NCBI GenBank assembly: GCA_963807065.1
Contig: CAWDZQ010000001.1
Location: forward strand, 266,014-330,013
Length of the DNA stretch: 64,000 bases
From: an uncultured Chloroflexia bacterium
GTDB taxonomy: Bacteria > Chloroflexota > Anaerolineae > Anaerolineales > E44-bin32
Direction: 5' to 3'
Positions 28,746 to 37,223 of this stretch are shown here, piece after piece (position 1 is the stretch's first letter; every line of letters begins with the position of its first letter). The position numbers and the translations under genes were made by a program. The notes under the pieces were generated by a model, which did no database searches, was not told the DNA's origin, and saw only the letters and a program-made list of their open reading frames with translations.

Positions 28746-28765
28746 TTTGTGAAACAATTCACAAG
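28746..28765. promoter_or_regulatory. palindrome copy B: tTTGTGA-aacaat-TCACAAg, between the mdh stop and the terminator hairpin
   Basis: Perfect TGTGA-N6-TCACA core at 28748..28763. Confidence 0.45.
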
Positions 28766-28779
28766 TTGGATAGGGCGTG

Positions 28780-29703
28780 CTAGGCCCCCAAGGCCTGTGT
28801 GATCTCCTGGACCCGGCCGGCGGAGGCCTCAAGGGCGCTGCGTTCGTAGTCGTTCAGGTCGTACTGGATGACTCTCTCCAAGCCCTTCCGGCCCAACTGT
28901 GCCGGCACGCCGAAGAAGATCCCCTTTTGACCATACTCCCCATCCAGCAGCACCGATGCCGGAACCACCAGGTGGCGGTCCCGCAGAATGGCTTCGACCA
29001 TCTGCGCCAATGCGGCCGAAGGCGCGTAGAACGCACTCCCGGTCTTGAGCAGGCCGACGATCTCCCCGCCGCCCTTGCGCGTGCGGTTGACGATGCCTTC
29101 CAGGGTGTCTTTGTCGAAGTAGTCGACCAGTGGCACGCCGGCAATGTTCGAATGGCGCGTCAGGGGCACCATGTCGTCACCGTGGCCGCCCAACACATAG
29201 CAGTGAACATTTTGCACGCTGACCCCGGCTGCCATGGCCACGAACGCCCGCATGCGGGCCGAGTCGAGAATCCCAGCCTGGCCAATCACCCGCTCGCGCG
29301 GCAGGTCGCCAACCTTCATCGCCAGATAAGCCATGGCATCCAGTGGGTTGGTGAGCACGATCAAGATCGCATTCGGCGAATACTTGAGTGAGCTCTCCAC
29401 GGCGGCGGTCACGATCTCACTGTTCTTGGCCAACAGATCGTCTCGGCTCATCCCCGGTTTTCGGGGAAGGCCGGCGGTGATCACCACCACATCCGACCCG
29501 GCCGTCTCTGCATAGTCATTGCTGCCTGCGACCTTGACGTCGGAGCCGATGACGGGCATGGCCTCTGTCATGTCCAGCGCCTTACCCTGGGGCATGCCCT
29601 CCACGATATCCACCAGCACCAGATCGGCCAGCTCGCGCTCCGCCAGCCAATGTGCCGTAGTGGCACCGGTTTGACCTGCTCCGACAATGGTTACTTTCGA
29701 CAT
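28780..29703 (-). CDS. mdh: malate dehydrogenase (LDH-like family)
   Basis: GAGQTG Rossmann motif. GLPRKPGMSRDDL (Arg at the substrate-specificity position). GGHGD. Confidence 0.85.
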   Translation of the reverse strand: MSKVTIVGAGQTGATTAHWLAERELADLVLVDIVEGMPQGKALDMTEAMPVIGSDVKVAGSNDYAETAGSDVVVITAGLPRKPGMSRDDLLAKNSEIVTAAVESSLKYSPNAILIVLTNPLDAMAYLAMKVGDLPRERVIGQAGILDSARMRAFVAMAAGVSVQNVHCYVLGGHGDDMVPLTRHSNIAGVPLVDYFDKDTLEGIVNRTRKGGGEIVGLLKTGSAFYAPSAALAQMVEAILRDRHLVVPASVLLDGEYGQKGIFFGVPAQLGRKGLERVIQYDLNDYERSALEASAGRVQEITQALGA

Positions 29704-29789
29704 TGCACCTTCGCCTCCTGGCTCATGGGTATGCGTGGGAAGACCGGCTTGCGTATTGGCGGTGTGAGCCGCGTGTCTCCAGCTTCATT

Positions 29790-30968
29790 CTAACCAGTGA
29801 GCGGAACATATGCATCAGCCCTCGCCCCATCGACGACGGGCGGCTGAGCGCCTGGGAGCGCGCCCGTTGAAACCTCGATACCTGTACCGGCTTCGACTCT
29901 CCCGACGACCCAGGCCGACATGTCCAGGTTTCCGGCCCGGGCCATGAAATCGCTCAAACGTTCGCCGCTCATTGCCAGAAGCAGGCCGCCGGAAGTCTGC
30001 GCGTCGAACAGCAGGACCCGGCTGATCTCGTCGAGCTCGGCGGCAGTTTCGACCTGAGGGCCGAAGTAGAGACGGTTGTCGTGCGTTCCGCCGGGGACCA
30101 GATGCTGCTCGGCATAGGTTCGGGCACCCGTTAGGGCCGGAATGGAACGCGCGAAGAGATGCAGCTTCACATCCGACGCCTGGCTCAGTTCCAATCCGTG
30201 CCCCAGCAAGCCGAATCCGGTGATGTCCGTGCCGCCCTTGACCCCAATCTCGACTGCCAGCTCGGACGCCGCCCTATTCAGGTGGGTCATCCAGGCCGTC
30301 ATCCTGGCAATGTCTTCAGGCGCCGCCTTCTCAGCCTTGAGCGCCGTGGCGGTCACACCCGTGCCGACCGGTTTGGTCAGGACCAGCAGGTCCCCCACGG
30401 CGGCCCCGGCCTTGCTGATCAGCCCCTTCGGATCCGCCAGCCCGACGGCCACCAGCCCCACCTTGGGCTCATCGTCCTGCACGCTGTGGCCGCCGGCTAT
30501 CACGGCTCCCGCTTCTCGCACCTTGTCCGCCGCGCCTCGCAAGATCGCCGCCAGCTGGTGCGCCGGCAGACTGGGCGGCAGGCAGGCCACATTCAGCGCC
30601 AGTATCGGCCGGGCGCCCATGGCATACAGATCTGAAAGAGCATTGGCGGCGGCGATCGCCCCATAGTCGTAGGCGTCATCCACCACCGGCGTGAAGAAAT
30701 CCGTGGTAATCACCAGCGCGCGCTGCTCGTCGAGCCGCCAAACGGCAGCGTCATCCGGCGCGCCAAGGCCAACCATCAAGTCTGGATAGTCTTGAGGGTC
30801 AAAGGCGGCCTGGAGGGGGCGCAGTACCTGCGCCAGCGTTTCCGCGCTGAGCTTAGACGCTCAACCCGCGCAGGACGAGAGGGTCGTCAGTCGGATCTGA
30901 CGGCCGGACGCTGCCCGTGGCTCTGGTTGGCCGTCGGCAGCCGGTGTCCCTTCTGTGTTGGTCATCAT
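29790..30968 (-). CDS. selD: selenide, water dikinase (selenophosphate synthetase) with in-frame UGA = selenocysteine
   Basis: The track ORF 29790..30779 lacks the N-terminus. Reading on in frame gives MMTNTEG...IRLTTLSSCAG-TGA-ASKLSAETLAQVL.. from the ATG at 30966..30968. The TGA (30861..30863) aligns with Cys17 and the following K with Lys20 of the E. coli SelD motif GAGCGCK. Confidence 0.85.
30819..30860 (-). other. candidate bacterial SECIS region just 3' of the selD UGA
   Basis: Two hairpins on the mRNA strand. UCAGCG-cggaaa-CGCUGG starts about 11 nt after the UGA, and GCGCAG-gua-CUGCGC follows. Neither was checked against a SECIS model. Confidence 0.35.
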
Positions 30969-31046
30969 CGGGATTCTAGGCGCTGCCCGTGGGCCTGTCA
31001 ACGAAAACATCCCCCCGGCGGAAGAGATAGGTGGGCCGGACCACCA

Positions 31047-31076
31047 TTGATCCCGCCGCCTGTGGCTGGGTACAAT
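31047..31076 (+). promoter_or_regulatory. sigma-70-type promoter TTGATC-18-TACAAT, 8 nt before the tauE-like ATG (leaderless or near-leaderless)
   Basis: -35 at 31047..31052 and -10 at 31071..31076. The ATG is at 31085 and has no SD. Confidence 0.45.
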
Positions 31077-31084
31077 GGACCGGC

Positions 31085-31921
31085 ATGACTCGATCCCTGA
31101 TCTCCTTCCTGTTTGGGGCCCCCATTGGCGCCATCGGCGGCCTGATCGGCGTCGGTGGCGCAGAGTACCGACTTCCGGTCCTGGCGGGCCCGCTGCGATT
31201 CAGCGCCCGCCAGGCGGTTCCCCTCAATCTCACAATCAGCGTCTTTACGGTCTGCGTTTCGCTGATCGTCCGCGGCCGAACTCTCCCCTTCGAACCAGTG
31301 CTGGTCACGCTGCCGCTGCTCGTCGCACTTGCCCTGGGCGCCTCTGCCGCCGCCTACACCGGTGCGGCTTACGTTCGACATGTCCCGGAGCACCGGCTGC
31401 GGCAGATCATCCTCGTCCTTCTCCTTGCTGTGGCCCTGCTCTTAATCGTCCAGGCCATCAAAACGGAATCCCCGGTGGGTCTGCTCTCCGCGTCCGACCC
31501 TCTGGGCTGGGCGGTGGGCGCCATGGCAGGCATGGTGATTGGTCTGGTCAGCGTGACCCTGGGGGTCGCCGGCGGGGAGCTGATCATCCCCACCCTGGTC
31601 ATCATCTACGGCATGGATGTCAAGGCTGCCGGGACGGCCAGTTTGTTGGTCAGCCTGCCCACCATGTTGGTCGGCATCGCGCGCTACAGTCAACAAGGCG
31701 CTTTTCGGGATCGATTAGCCTTGCGGCAGGTGGTCCTGCCGATGGCGCTGGGCTCCGTGCTCGGGGCGGCCGGAGGCGCCGCATTGGTCGGTTCAGTGCC
31801 GGTGCGCTGGCTGAAAGCCGGCTTGGGATTGATCCTGGCCATCTCCGCCTATCTGATCTTCGCCCACGATCGTCGGCGTCCCTCTGCCGTCGATGCCGGC
31901 GACAGTGAGCAAGACCGGTGA
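31085..31921 (+). CDS. TauE/SafE (DUF81) family anion permease
   Basis: FLFGAPIGAIGGLIGVGGAEYRLPVL, plus a second GG-containing half (VTLGVAGGELIIPTLV). About 8 TM helices. I prefer the ATG at 31085 over the track start at 31031. Confidence 0.75.
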   Translation: MTRSLISFLFGAPIGAIGGLIGVGGAEYRLPVLAGPLRFSARQAVPLNLTISVFTVCVSLIVRGRTLPFEPVLVTLPLLVALALGASAAAYTGAAYVRHVPEHRLRQIILVLLLAVALLLIVQAIKTESPVGLLSASDPLGWAVGAMAGMVIGLVSVTLGVAGGELIIPTLVIIYGMDVKAAGTASLLVSLPTMLVGIARYSQQGAFRDRLALRQVVLPMALGSVLGAAGGAALVGSVPVRWLKAGLGLILAISAYLIFAHDRRRPSAVDAGDSEQDR

Positions 31922-31945
31922 CCTTGCCGCGTACGGCGGATTGCC

Positions 31946-32746
31946 TTGCGCAGCGCACCGGTCATGCTGGCGCTCTCTGCCTGCTTCAGCCTGGCTGCCT
32001 GTGGCTATGCCCCCTCAGGGGACACAGCCCAGGGCGAGCTCACCGTGTTCGCCGCCTCATCCCTCACCAATGCCTTTACCGACATGGCCGGCGCGTTCGA
32101 AGCCCAATCGCCACATGTGAAAATCGTCACAAACTTTGCGGCCTCCTCTCAGCTTGCGACCCAGCTGATCGAGGGCGCTGCCGCCGACGTGTATGCTTCG
32201 GCCGACCAGGAGCAGATGGCTCAGGCAGGCGCCGCTGGGCGCATCGCCGGCCAGCCCGTCATCTTCGCCACCAACCACTTGGTCGTGATCGTCCCGGCCG
32301 ACAACCCGGGGCACATCCAGACCATCAACGATCTGGCCCAGCCTGGCCTGAAACTGGTCCTGGCCGCATCCGGCGTACCTGTTCGCAGGTATACCGACCA
32401 TGCCTTGGCCGCCCTGGCCGACCGCGATGCCTACGGGACAAACTTCGCCGACAGCGTCTACGCCAACCTGGCTTCCGAGGAGCAGAACGTGCGCCAGGTG
32501 TCGGCCAAAGTTGCCCTGGGGGAGGCAGATGCCGGAATCGTGTACACGTCGGATGTCACACCGGATATCGCCGCCCAGGTCCTTCAGATTGAGATCCCGG
32601 ATTGGGCCAATCCGCTCGCCGAATACCCCATCGCCCTGGTGGCCAACGCTCCGCATGGGCCCGGGGGACAAACGTTCATCCAGTTCGTGCTCGGCAGTGA
32701 GGGCCAGGCGATACTCGCCAGATGGGGGTTCGGCCATGCGCCCTGA
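31946..32746 (+). CDS. modA: molybdate ABC transporter substrate-binding lipoprotein
   Basis: Lipobox LAAC-G. ELTVFAASSLTNAF, NFAASSQLATQLIEGAAADVYASAD, and a VYTSD-type C-terminal motif. Confidence 0.8.
   Translation: MRSAPVMLALSACFSLAACGYAPSGDTAQGELTVFAASSLTNAFTDMAGAFEAQSPHVKIVTNFAASSQLATQLIEGAAADVYASADQEQMAQAGAAGRIAGQPVIFATNHLVVIVPADNPGHIQTINDLAQPGLKLVLAASGVPVRRYTDHALAALADRDAYGTNFADSVYANLASEEQNVRQVSAKVALGEADAGIVYTSDVTPDIAAQVLQIEIPDWANPLAEYPIALVANAPHGPGGQTFIQFVLGSEGQAILARWGFGHAP
32116..32131. promoter_or_regulatory. palindrome copy C (core only): TGTGA-aaatcg-TCACA, inside modA coding sequence
   Basis: Perfect core, but the flanks (aTGTGA..TCACAa) differ from the intergenic copies. Confidence 0.3.
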
Positions 32747-33605
32747 CATTGGGCAGCGCGGGCCCCGCCGACAGGCACGTGACTCGGCCGGTATGCGCAC
32801 CCTGGTCTTCCTGGCCGGCGGCGTGCTCATGGCGGGCCTTTTCCTGCCAGTCGTCGCCTTGAGCTGGCGAACCTTTTCGGCTTCAGGAGGTCGGACCCCC
32901 GGATTGCTGTCCAACTCGGTGGTCGGCGCCGTGAGTCTGAGCCTGTCGACGACGCTGATCAGCACCCTGGTCGTGGTCCTTCTCGGCACACCTCTGGCGT
33001 ACGCCTTCGCCCGATACCGTTTCCCCTTCAAGCGCCCCCTGAATGTGGCCATCGAGCTGCCGATCGTGATGCCCCCAGTTGTGGCCGGGCTGGCCCTGCT
33101 GATGACGTTTGGGCGGAGGGGCTTGCTGGGGGCGCCGCTTTCCGCCCTCGGGCTTTCTCTGCCCTTCAGCCCGGCAGCCGTGGTGATCGCCCAGGTCTTC
33201 GTGTCAGCTCCCTTCTACATCCGGGCGGCCCAGGCCCAGTTCGAGGCCACGCCGCGTGAACTGGAGCAGGCCGCCAGCATCGACGGCGCCGGGCCTTGGC
33301 GTGTCTTCTGGTCGGTCACCCTGCCCTTGGGGCAGCGTGGTCTGCTGGCGGGGTTGCTCTTGAGTTGGGCACGCGCCGTGGGAGAGTTCGGCGCTACAAT
33401 TCTGTTCGCCGGCAACTTGCAGGGGCGCACCCAGACCATGCCGCTGCTGGTTTATGGCGCCCTGGAGAGTGACTTGACGTCCGCCTTGTGGACGGGCCTG
33501 CTCTTGATCGCCATCGCCGCACTGGCGCTGGTGCTCGTGTCCCTCCTAGCCCGCGCATTCGACCGCGAGGCGGTCGACGACGAGGGCCAAAGCCTCTCCT
33601 CTTAG
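32736..33605 (+). CDS. modB: molybdate ABC transporter permease
   Basis: ATG at 32736 overlaps the modA end. EAA-loop region AASIDGAGPWRVFWSVTLP. 5-6 TM helices. The track ORF from 32400 is an out-of-context upstream extension. Confidence 0.8.
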   Translation: MRPDIGQRGPRRQARDSAGMRTLVFLAGGVLMAGLFLPVVALSWRTFSASGGRTPGLLSNSVVGAVSLSLSTTLISTLVVVLLGTPLAYAFARYRFPFKRPLNVAIELPIVMPPVVAGLALLMTFGRRGLLGAPLSALGLSLPFSPAAVVIAQVFVSAPFYIRAAQAQFEATPRELEQAASIDGAGPWRVFWSVTLPLGQRGLLAGLLLSWARAVGEFGATILFAGNLQGRTQTMPLLVYGALESDLTSALWTGLLLIAIAALALVLVSLLARAFDREAVDDEGQSLSS

Positions 33606-33695
33606 AAACCCCGAACTCGAACCAAACTCGCTCCTTGGGCCAGCTCGGGGGCGGCTTAGCGGCTTGATCGGATGATATTGTGGCGTGCGTGAGAC

Positions 33696-34640
33696 TCAGG
33701 CGGAGGTTGGGCGGCCAATGCCGGCATCTGGCTGGGGGGTGTTGTTGAACAAAGCCGGGAGATCAGAAAGGGCCCTGGCCATACGCGTGCCATGCCACGT
33801 CACTAGCCGGCCATCCACCAGGTGAACGCGCCCGTCTTTGACTGCCGGCGTCGAACCCAGGGCGCGCCTGACTTCTTCGACGTGCGATTCATCGAACGCG
33901 TACGGTTCATCCGGGAGCAGGATCAGGTCCGGCTGGGACTCGATCACCTCTTGTGTCGTCAACCGAGGATAGCGCGTGTCGTGCTCGCCGGGGGGCAGCG
34001 GGGCGGCATGTCCCAGATCCGCCGCCAGAGGGTACCGCCGGGGTCGGTCAGCGAATACGTTCTGGCCGCCACAGATCCGCAGCAGATCGCCCGAATAGGT
34101 CGAATCGTTGAAGGTCATCCACCAAGCCCCAAAGGACCTGGCATCGCCTTGCCAGATGGGGCAAAAGTAACGCACCGGAGCCATGCCCTCCGAAGCACGC
34201 CTGGCCCAATCGAGAGTGAGCTCGAGCGTGGCAACTTTAGCCGCCGCCGTCTGCGCCCTGAAGACTCCCAACAGCGCCCAGAGGACTTGGATCGCCTCTT
34301 GGGCCGAGCGCGGGAACGTTGTCCAAACTTTCAGACCGCCACGTTCGAGTTTCTCGATACTGGGCCGGCTGGTCTCTTCCTGATTGGCCATCACCAGGTC
34401 CGGCTCCAAAGCCGAAATCGCATCGACATCCGGCGCCCGCGTTCCCCCTACCCTCACCAGGTCAACCTTGGCCGCCTCGGGAGGCTGGCAGTAATCGGTC
34501 ACGCCCACGAGACGATCTCCGAGCCCGAGTTCGAAAAGGCTGTCGGTCATCGATGGCACAAGGCTGACGACGCGCCCGGGCGGGCGATCGAAAGTGAGCA
34601 GGGCCACGTGCCCGTTGCCGGAGGTCATGCCCCTGTCCAC
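33696..34640 (-). CDS. ABC-type periplasmic binding protein, BtuF/TroA-like (cobalamin/siderophore class)
   Basis: VVSLVPSMTDSLFELGLGDRLVGVTDYC...PDLVMANQEE and DLILLPDEPY, typical of class III binding proteins. No cognate permease or ATPase lies nearby. Confidence 0.6.
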   Translation of the reverse strand: MDRGMTSGNGHVALLTFDRPPGRVVSLVPSMTDSLFELGLGDRLVGVTDYCQPPEAAKVDLVRVGGTRAPDVDAISALEPDLVMANQEETSRPSIEKLERGGLKVWTTFPRSAQEAIQVLWALLGVFRAQTAAAKVATLELTLDWARRASEGMAPVRYFCPIWQGDARSFGAWWMTFNDSTYSGDLLRICGGQNVFADRPRRYPLAADLGHAAPLPPGEHDTRYPRLTTQEVIESQPDLILLPDEPYAFDESHVEEVRRALGSTPAVKDGRVHLVDGRLVTWHGTRMARALSDLPALFNNTPQPDAGIGRPTSA

Positions 34641-35293
34641 CCGCTGCCCAAGATGAGTCGCGGCTGAGCCTGCCCCCAGACTTCGATCTCACCGGCCGGG
34701 CCGAAGGCCACCAGACTGGCATCGGTCAGGCCTAGGGCATAGGCTTTGGGCTGAGTCTCCAAGAGCTGGCGGACCTTATCCAGCTCCGCCGGGGAAGACG
34801 CGCCGGGCAGGATCAACGCCCCGGGGAGCCATTTCAGCCCGGCCACAATCTCGTCTTCGGCCGTCGGGAAAACCCAAGTGCCTAAGGCCGCCGCCGCCGG
34901 CCCGATGGCCACGATCACGCCTCCCCGGTTAAGGCTTTGGAGGACGAGCTCACCCATAACTGAGCTATCCAGCCCGCCCGTCCAATCCTCCACGATGCCT
35001 CCGACAAGGATCAGCAATCCGGCGCCGGATAGTTCCGCCGGCGGCTCCTCTTCAAGGCGCCACAGGCCTACCTGCGTGCCCAGGAGGGTTTCAATGTCTT
35101 CCAAGAACCCATCCAAATCCGGCGTGAGCACTTCGCCTGCTGAGACACAGACACAGGGCCGGGAGATATCCATTTTGGACAAAAGGTTTTCCGGGAGATC
35201 GGAGAACGGCCCCCCGAGCCGCGGAATGTCGCTGGAAACGATCACCCAGCCGGCTTCGGTTTCTCGCTGGAAGATGTCTTGAGACTCAGGCAA
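34625..35293 (-). CDS. hypothetical protein, distant peptidase-S51/cyanophycinase-like appearance
   Basis: LLILVGG...GGVIVAIGPAAAALG resembles the S51 nucleophile-elbow region, but the Ser is not evident. Weak call. Confidence 0.3.
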   Translation of the reverse strand: MPESQDIFQRETEAGWVIVSSDIPRLGGPFSDLPENLLSKMDISRPCVCVSAGEVLTPDLDGFLEDIETLLGTQVGLWRLEEEPPAELSGAGLLILVGGIVEDWTGGLDSSVMGELVLQSLNRGGVIVAIGPAAAALGTWVFPTAEDEIVAGLKWLPGALILPGASSPAELDKVRQLLETQPKAYALGLTDASLVAFGPAGEIEVWGQAQPRLILGSGWTGA

Positions 35294-35403
35294 GGCAATC
35301 TCCTACTAGAGTGCGGAGCAGAAGCTTGAGTTTGGGCGGCCCGCCATCAGCGACGTCGATTCGCGCCGAGATGCTCTGTTAAACCTTGGGCGAATCCGAG
35401 AGT

Positions 35404-36141
35404 TCAGCGAAGTTGAATGTACTTGAACCGCTCAACATAACGAGGTATTTCAGGCGGACTGGCAGGGTCCAGCATGCGGTCCCGCAATCGCTCTGCCATC
35501 CCTTGTGGGTCACCGACCTGGCTCTTGTGTTCGGTCAGTGCTCGAATCTTGGTCTCTAAGAAGTCGCTGACGTCAATCGTGACATCCGGGGTCAGTGAGC
35601 CGGCGATGTAAACCTCCGGCACCTTGTGGGGTTCCAACCCCTCGTCCTGGTAGAGTTCCGGATAATACAACGCGGAACGCGTACCGGGCCATACAGCATC
35701 CAAGGTCACTTGGCCGGCCACGCGATGATCCGAATGATTGATGAAACTGGCGTAATAGGTGCTCGGATCGCTTGTGACGACTACCTGGGGCCTGACCTGG
35801 CGCATGACCCGTACCACATCCCGCTTCAAATCACGCGTGGGCTCCAACTCACCATCCAGATGGTCCAAGAACAGGACGTCCTTGACACCCAGCACTGCAG
35901 CGGCAGCTCGCTGCTCGGCCTCGCGGGTCTTTCTCAGCTCCTGGGTATTTACCCCCGGATCGTCTGCACCCTTGTCGCCTCGGGTCAGGAGACAGTAAAT
36001 CACGTCCCACCCCTTAGACGCCCAGCGGGCAACGCTAGCTCCACAGAAGAAATCGGGGTCGTCTGGATGGGCCATGACCACCAGGATCGGGCCCCGGTCC
36101 GCCTCCAACGGGGCCCGGGGATCGGGGTCGTCCCCGCTCAT
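35404..36141 (-). CDS. PIG-L/LmbE-family deacetylase
   Basis: VVMAHPDDPDF...TRGDKG...HSDH metal-binding motifs. Confidence 0.75.
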   Translation of the reverse strand: MSGDDPDPRAPLEADRGPILVVMAHPDDPDFFCGASVARWASKGWDVIYCLLTRGDKGADDPGVNTQELRKTREAEQRAAAAVLGVKDVLFLDHLDGELEPTRDLKRDVVRVMRQVRPQVVVTSDPSTYYASFINHSDHRVAGQVTLDAVWPGTRSALYYPELYQDEGLEPHKVPEVYIAGSLTPDVTIDVSDFLETKIRALTEHKSQVGDPQGMAERLRDRMLDPASPPEIPRYVERFKYIQLR

Positions 36142-37085
36142 CCGTTGTCCTTCCCGCAGTCACACTCTCCGTTCTCGTGCTTATCACACGGATCGTTGGC
36201 CTTCTTCTCCAGTGCCTTCAACTCATCGTAAGGCTCGATCTCGTGCTTCAGGAACTCGGCGCGCTTGCCGTCTTCGAACCGGACTATCACGGCCTGCTTC
36301 AGCGGCAGCACATCGACCACCTTGCCCTCGCCCATCGGCGTGACGACCTTCTTTTTGACCTTGGGTAGGCTTTTGCGGGCCTCGACGTACTGTTCGTACT
36401 CGTAGACCAGGCAGCACCGCAGGCGGCCGCACATCCCGGTGATTTCGTTCGGATTGAGCGAAATGCCCTGGGCTTTGGCCATTTTGATCGATATCGGCGA
36501 GAACTCGGCCAAGAACTTGGAACAGCAGCGCTCCTCCAAGCCACAGGCCCCCAATCCGCCGATGATCTTGGCCACATCGCGTGGGCCGATCGAGCGAAAT
36601 TCGATCTTGGCCCCCCTGACCTGGCGCTGCATCGCCCGGCGCAGACCATTCACATTGACTTTTTCGTCACCGTCGGAAGAGTAGAGGAACGTCAGCCGCT
36701 GGCCATCATAGGAGTACTCAGCCTTGGCGATCTTGACGCCCTGCAGGCCCAGCTCGGCAGCCTTGGCGCGGCATTCAATCATCACTTCCAGCTCTTTGCG
36801 CTTCCATTGGTTGCGCATCACGAGCTCTTGGGGGGTCGCCAGGCGCTCGATGGGTTTGACACCCTCTCGCTGAGATGCCTCCGGCCGCACATGGACGGCA
36901 ATCACCTCGGCCATCTCCCGGCCGCGGCTGGTGGAAACAATGACTTGGTCGCCGATCTTCAGATCGGAAACCTTGGATCCGTCGAAATGGTACAGCTTGC
37001 CAAGTTTTTGAAATCTCACGCCGACGATCGGCGATGCAACGGTCTGTTCGGTCATCGATACCTCAGTCGTAGGAGGCTTGCCCAC
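36138..37085 (-). CDS. PSP1-domain protein (RicT/YaaT-like) with a Cys-rich tail
   Basis: VGVRFQKLGKLYHFD..GDQVIVSTSRG, then the conserved Cys pair region (GLGACGLEERCCSKFL, GMCGRLRCCLVYE). Tail: CDKHENGECDCG. Confidence 0.75.
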   Translation of the reverse strand: MGKPPTTEVSMTEQTVASPIVGVRFQKLGKLYHFDGSKVSDLKIGDQVIVSTSRGREMAEVIAVHVRPEASQREGVKPIERLATPQELVMRNQWKRKELEVMIECRAKAAELGLQGVKIAKAEYSYDGQRLTFLYSSDGDEKVNVNGLRRAMQRQVRGAKIEFRSIGPRDVAKIIGGLGACGLEERCCSKFLAEFSPISIKMAKAQGISLNPNEITGMCGRLRCCLVYEYEQYVEARKSLPKVKKKVVTPMGEGKVVDVLPLKQAVIVRFEDGKRAEFLKHEIEPYDELKALEKKANDPCDKHENGECDCGKDNG

Positions 37086-37223
37086 GGTTCAGGCGGCCAT
37101 CATACACCCCACGCAGCCCCATCCGCAAAGAACCTGCCCGGCCCACGCCGGGCTTCCGCCGTGGTCCGCCCAGAATCCGGGAGTCCATTGAGTTTAACCC
37201 AAGACGGGGAAAGAAAGGGATGC

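Noticed and set aside
32116-32131. Intragenic palindrome copy C as a functional operator inside modA.
   Set aside because: It is kept as a listed copy but not promoted. The flanks deviate from the intergenic consensus, and it lies in coding sequence (SPHVKIVTNF). A weak or fortuitous site cannot be excluded.
31946-33605. modAB without a modC ATPase, as a sign of an unusual transporter.
   Set aside because: ABC ATPase genes are often encoded elsewhere or shared. Nothing in the sequence suggests more than a split locus.
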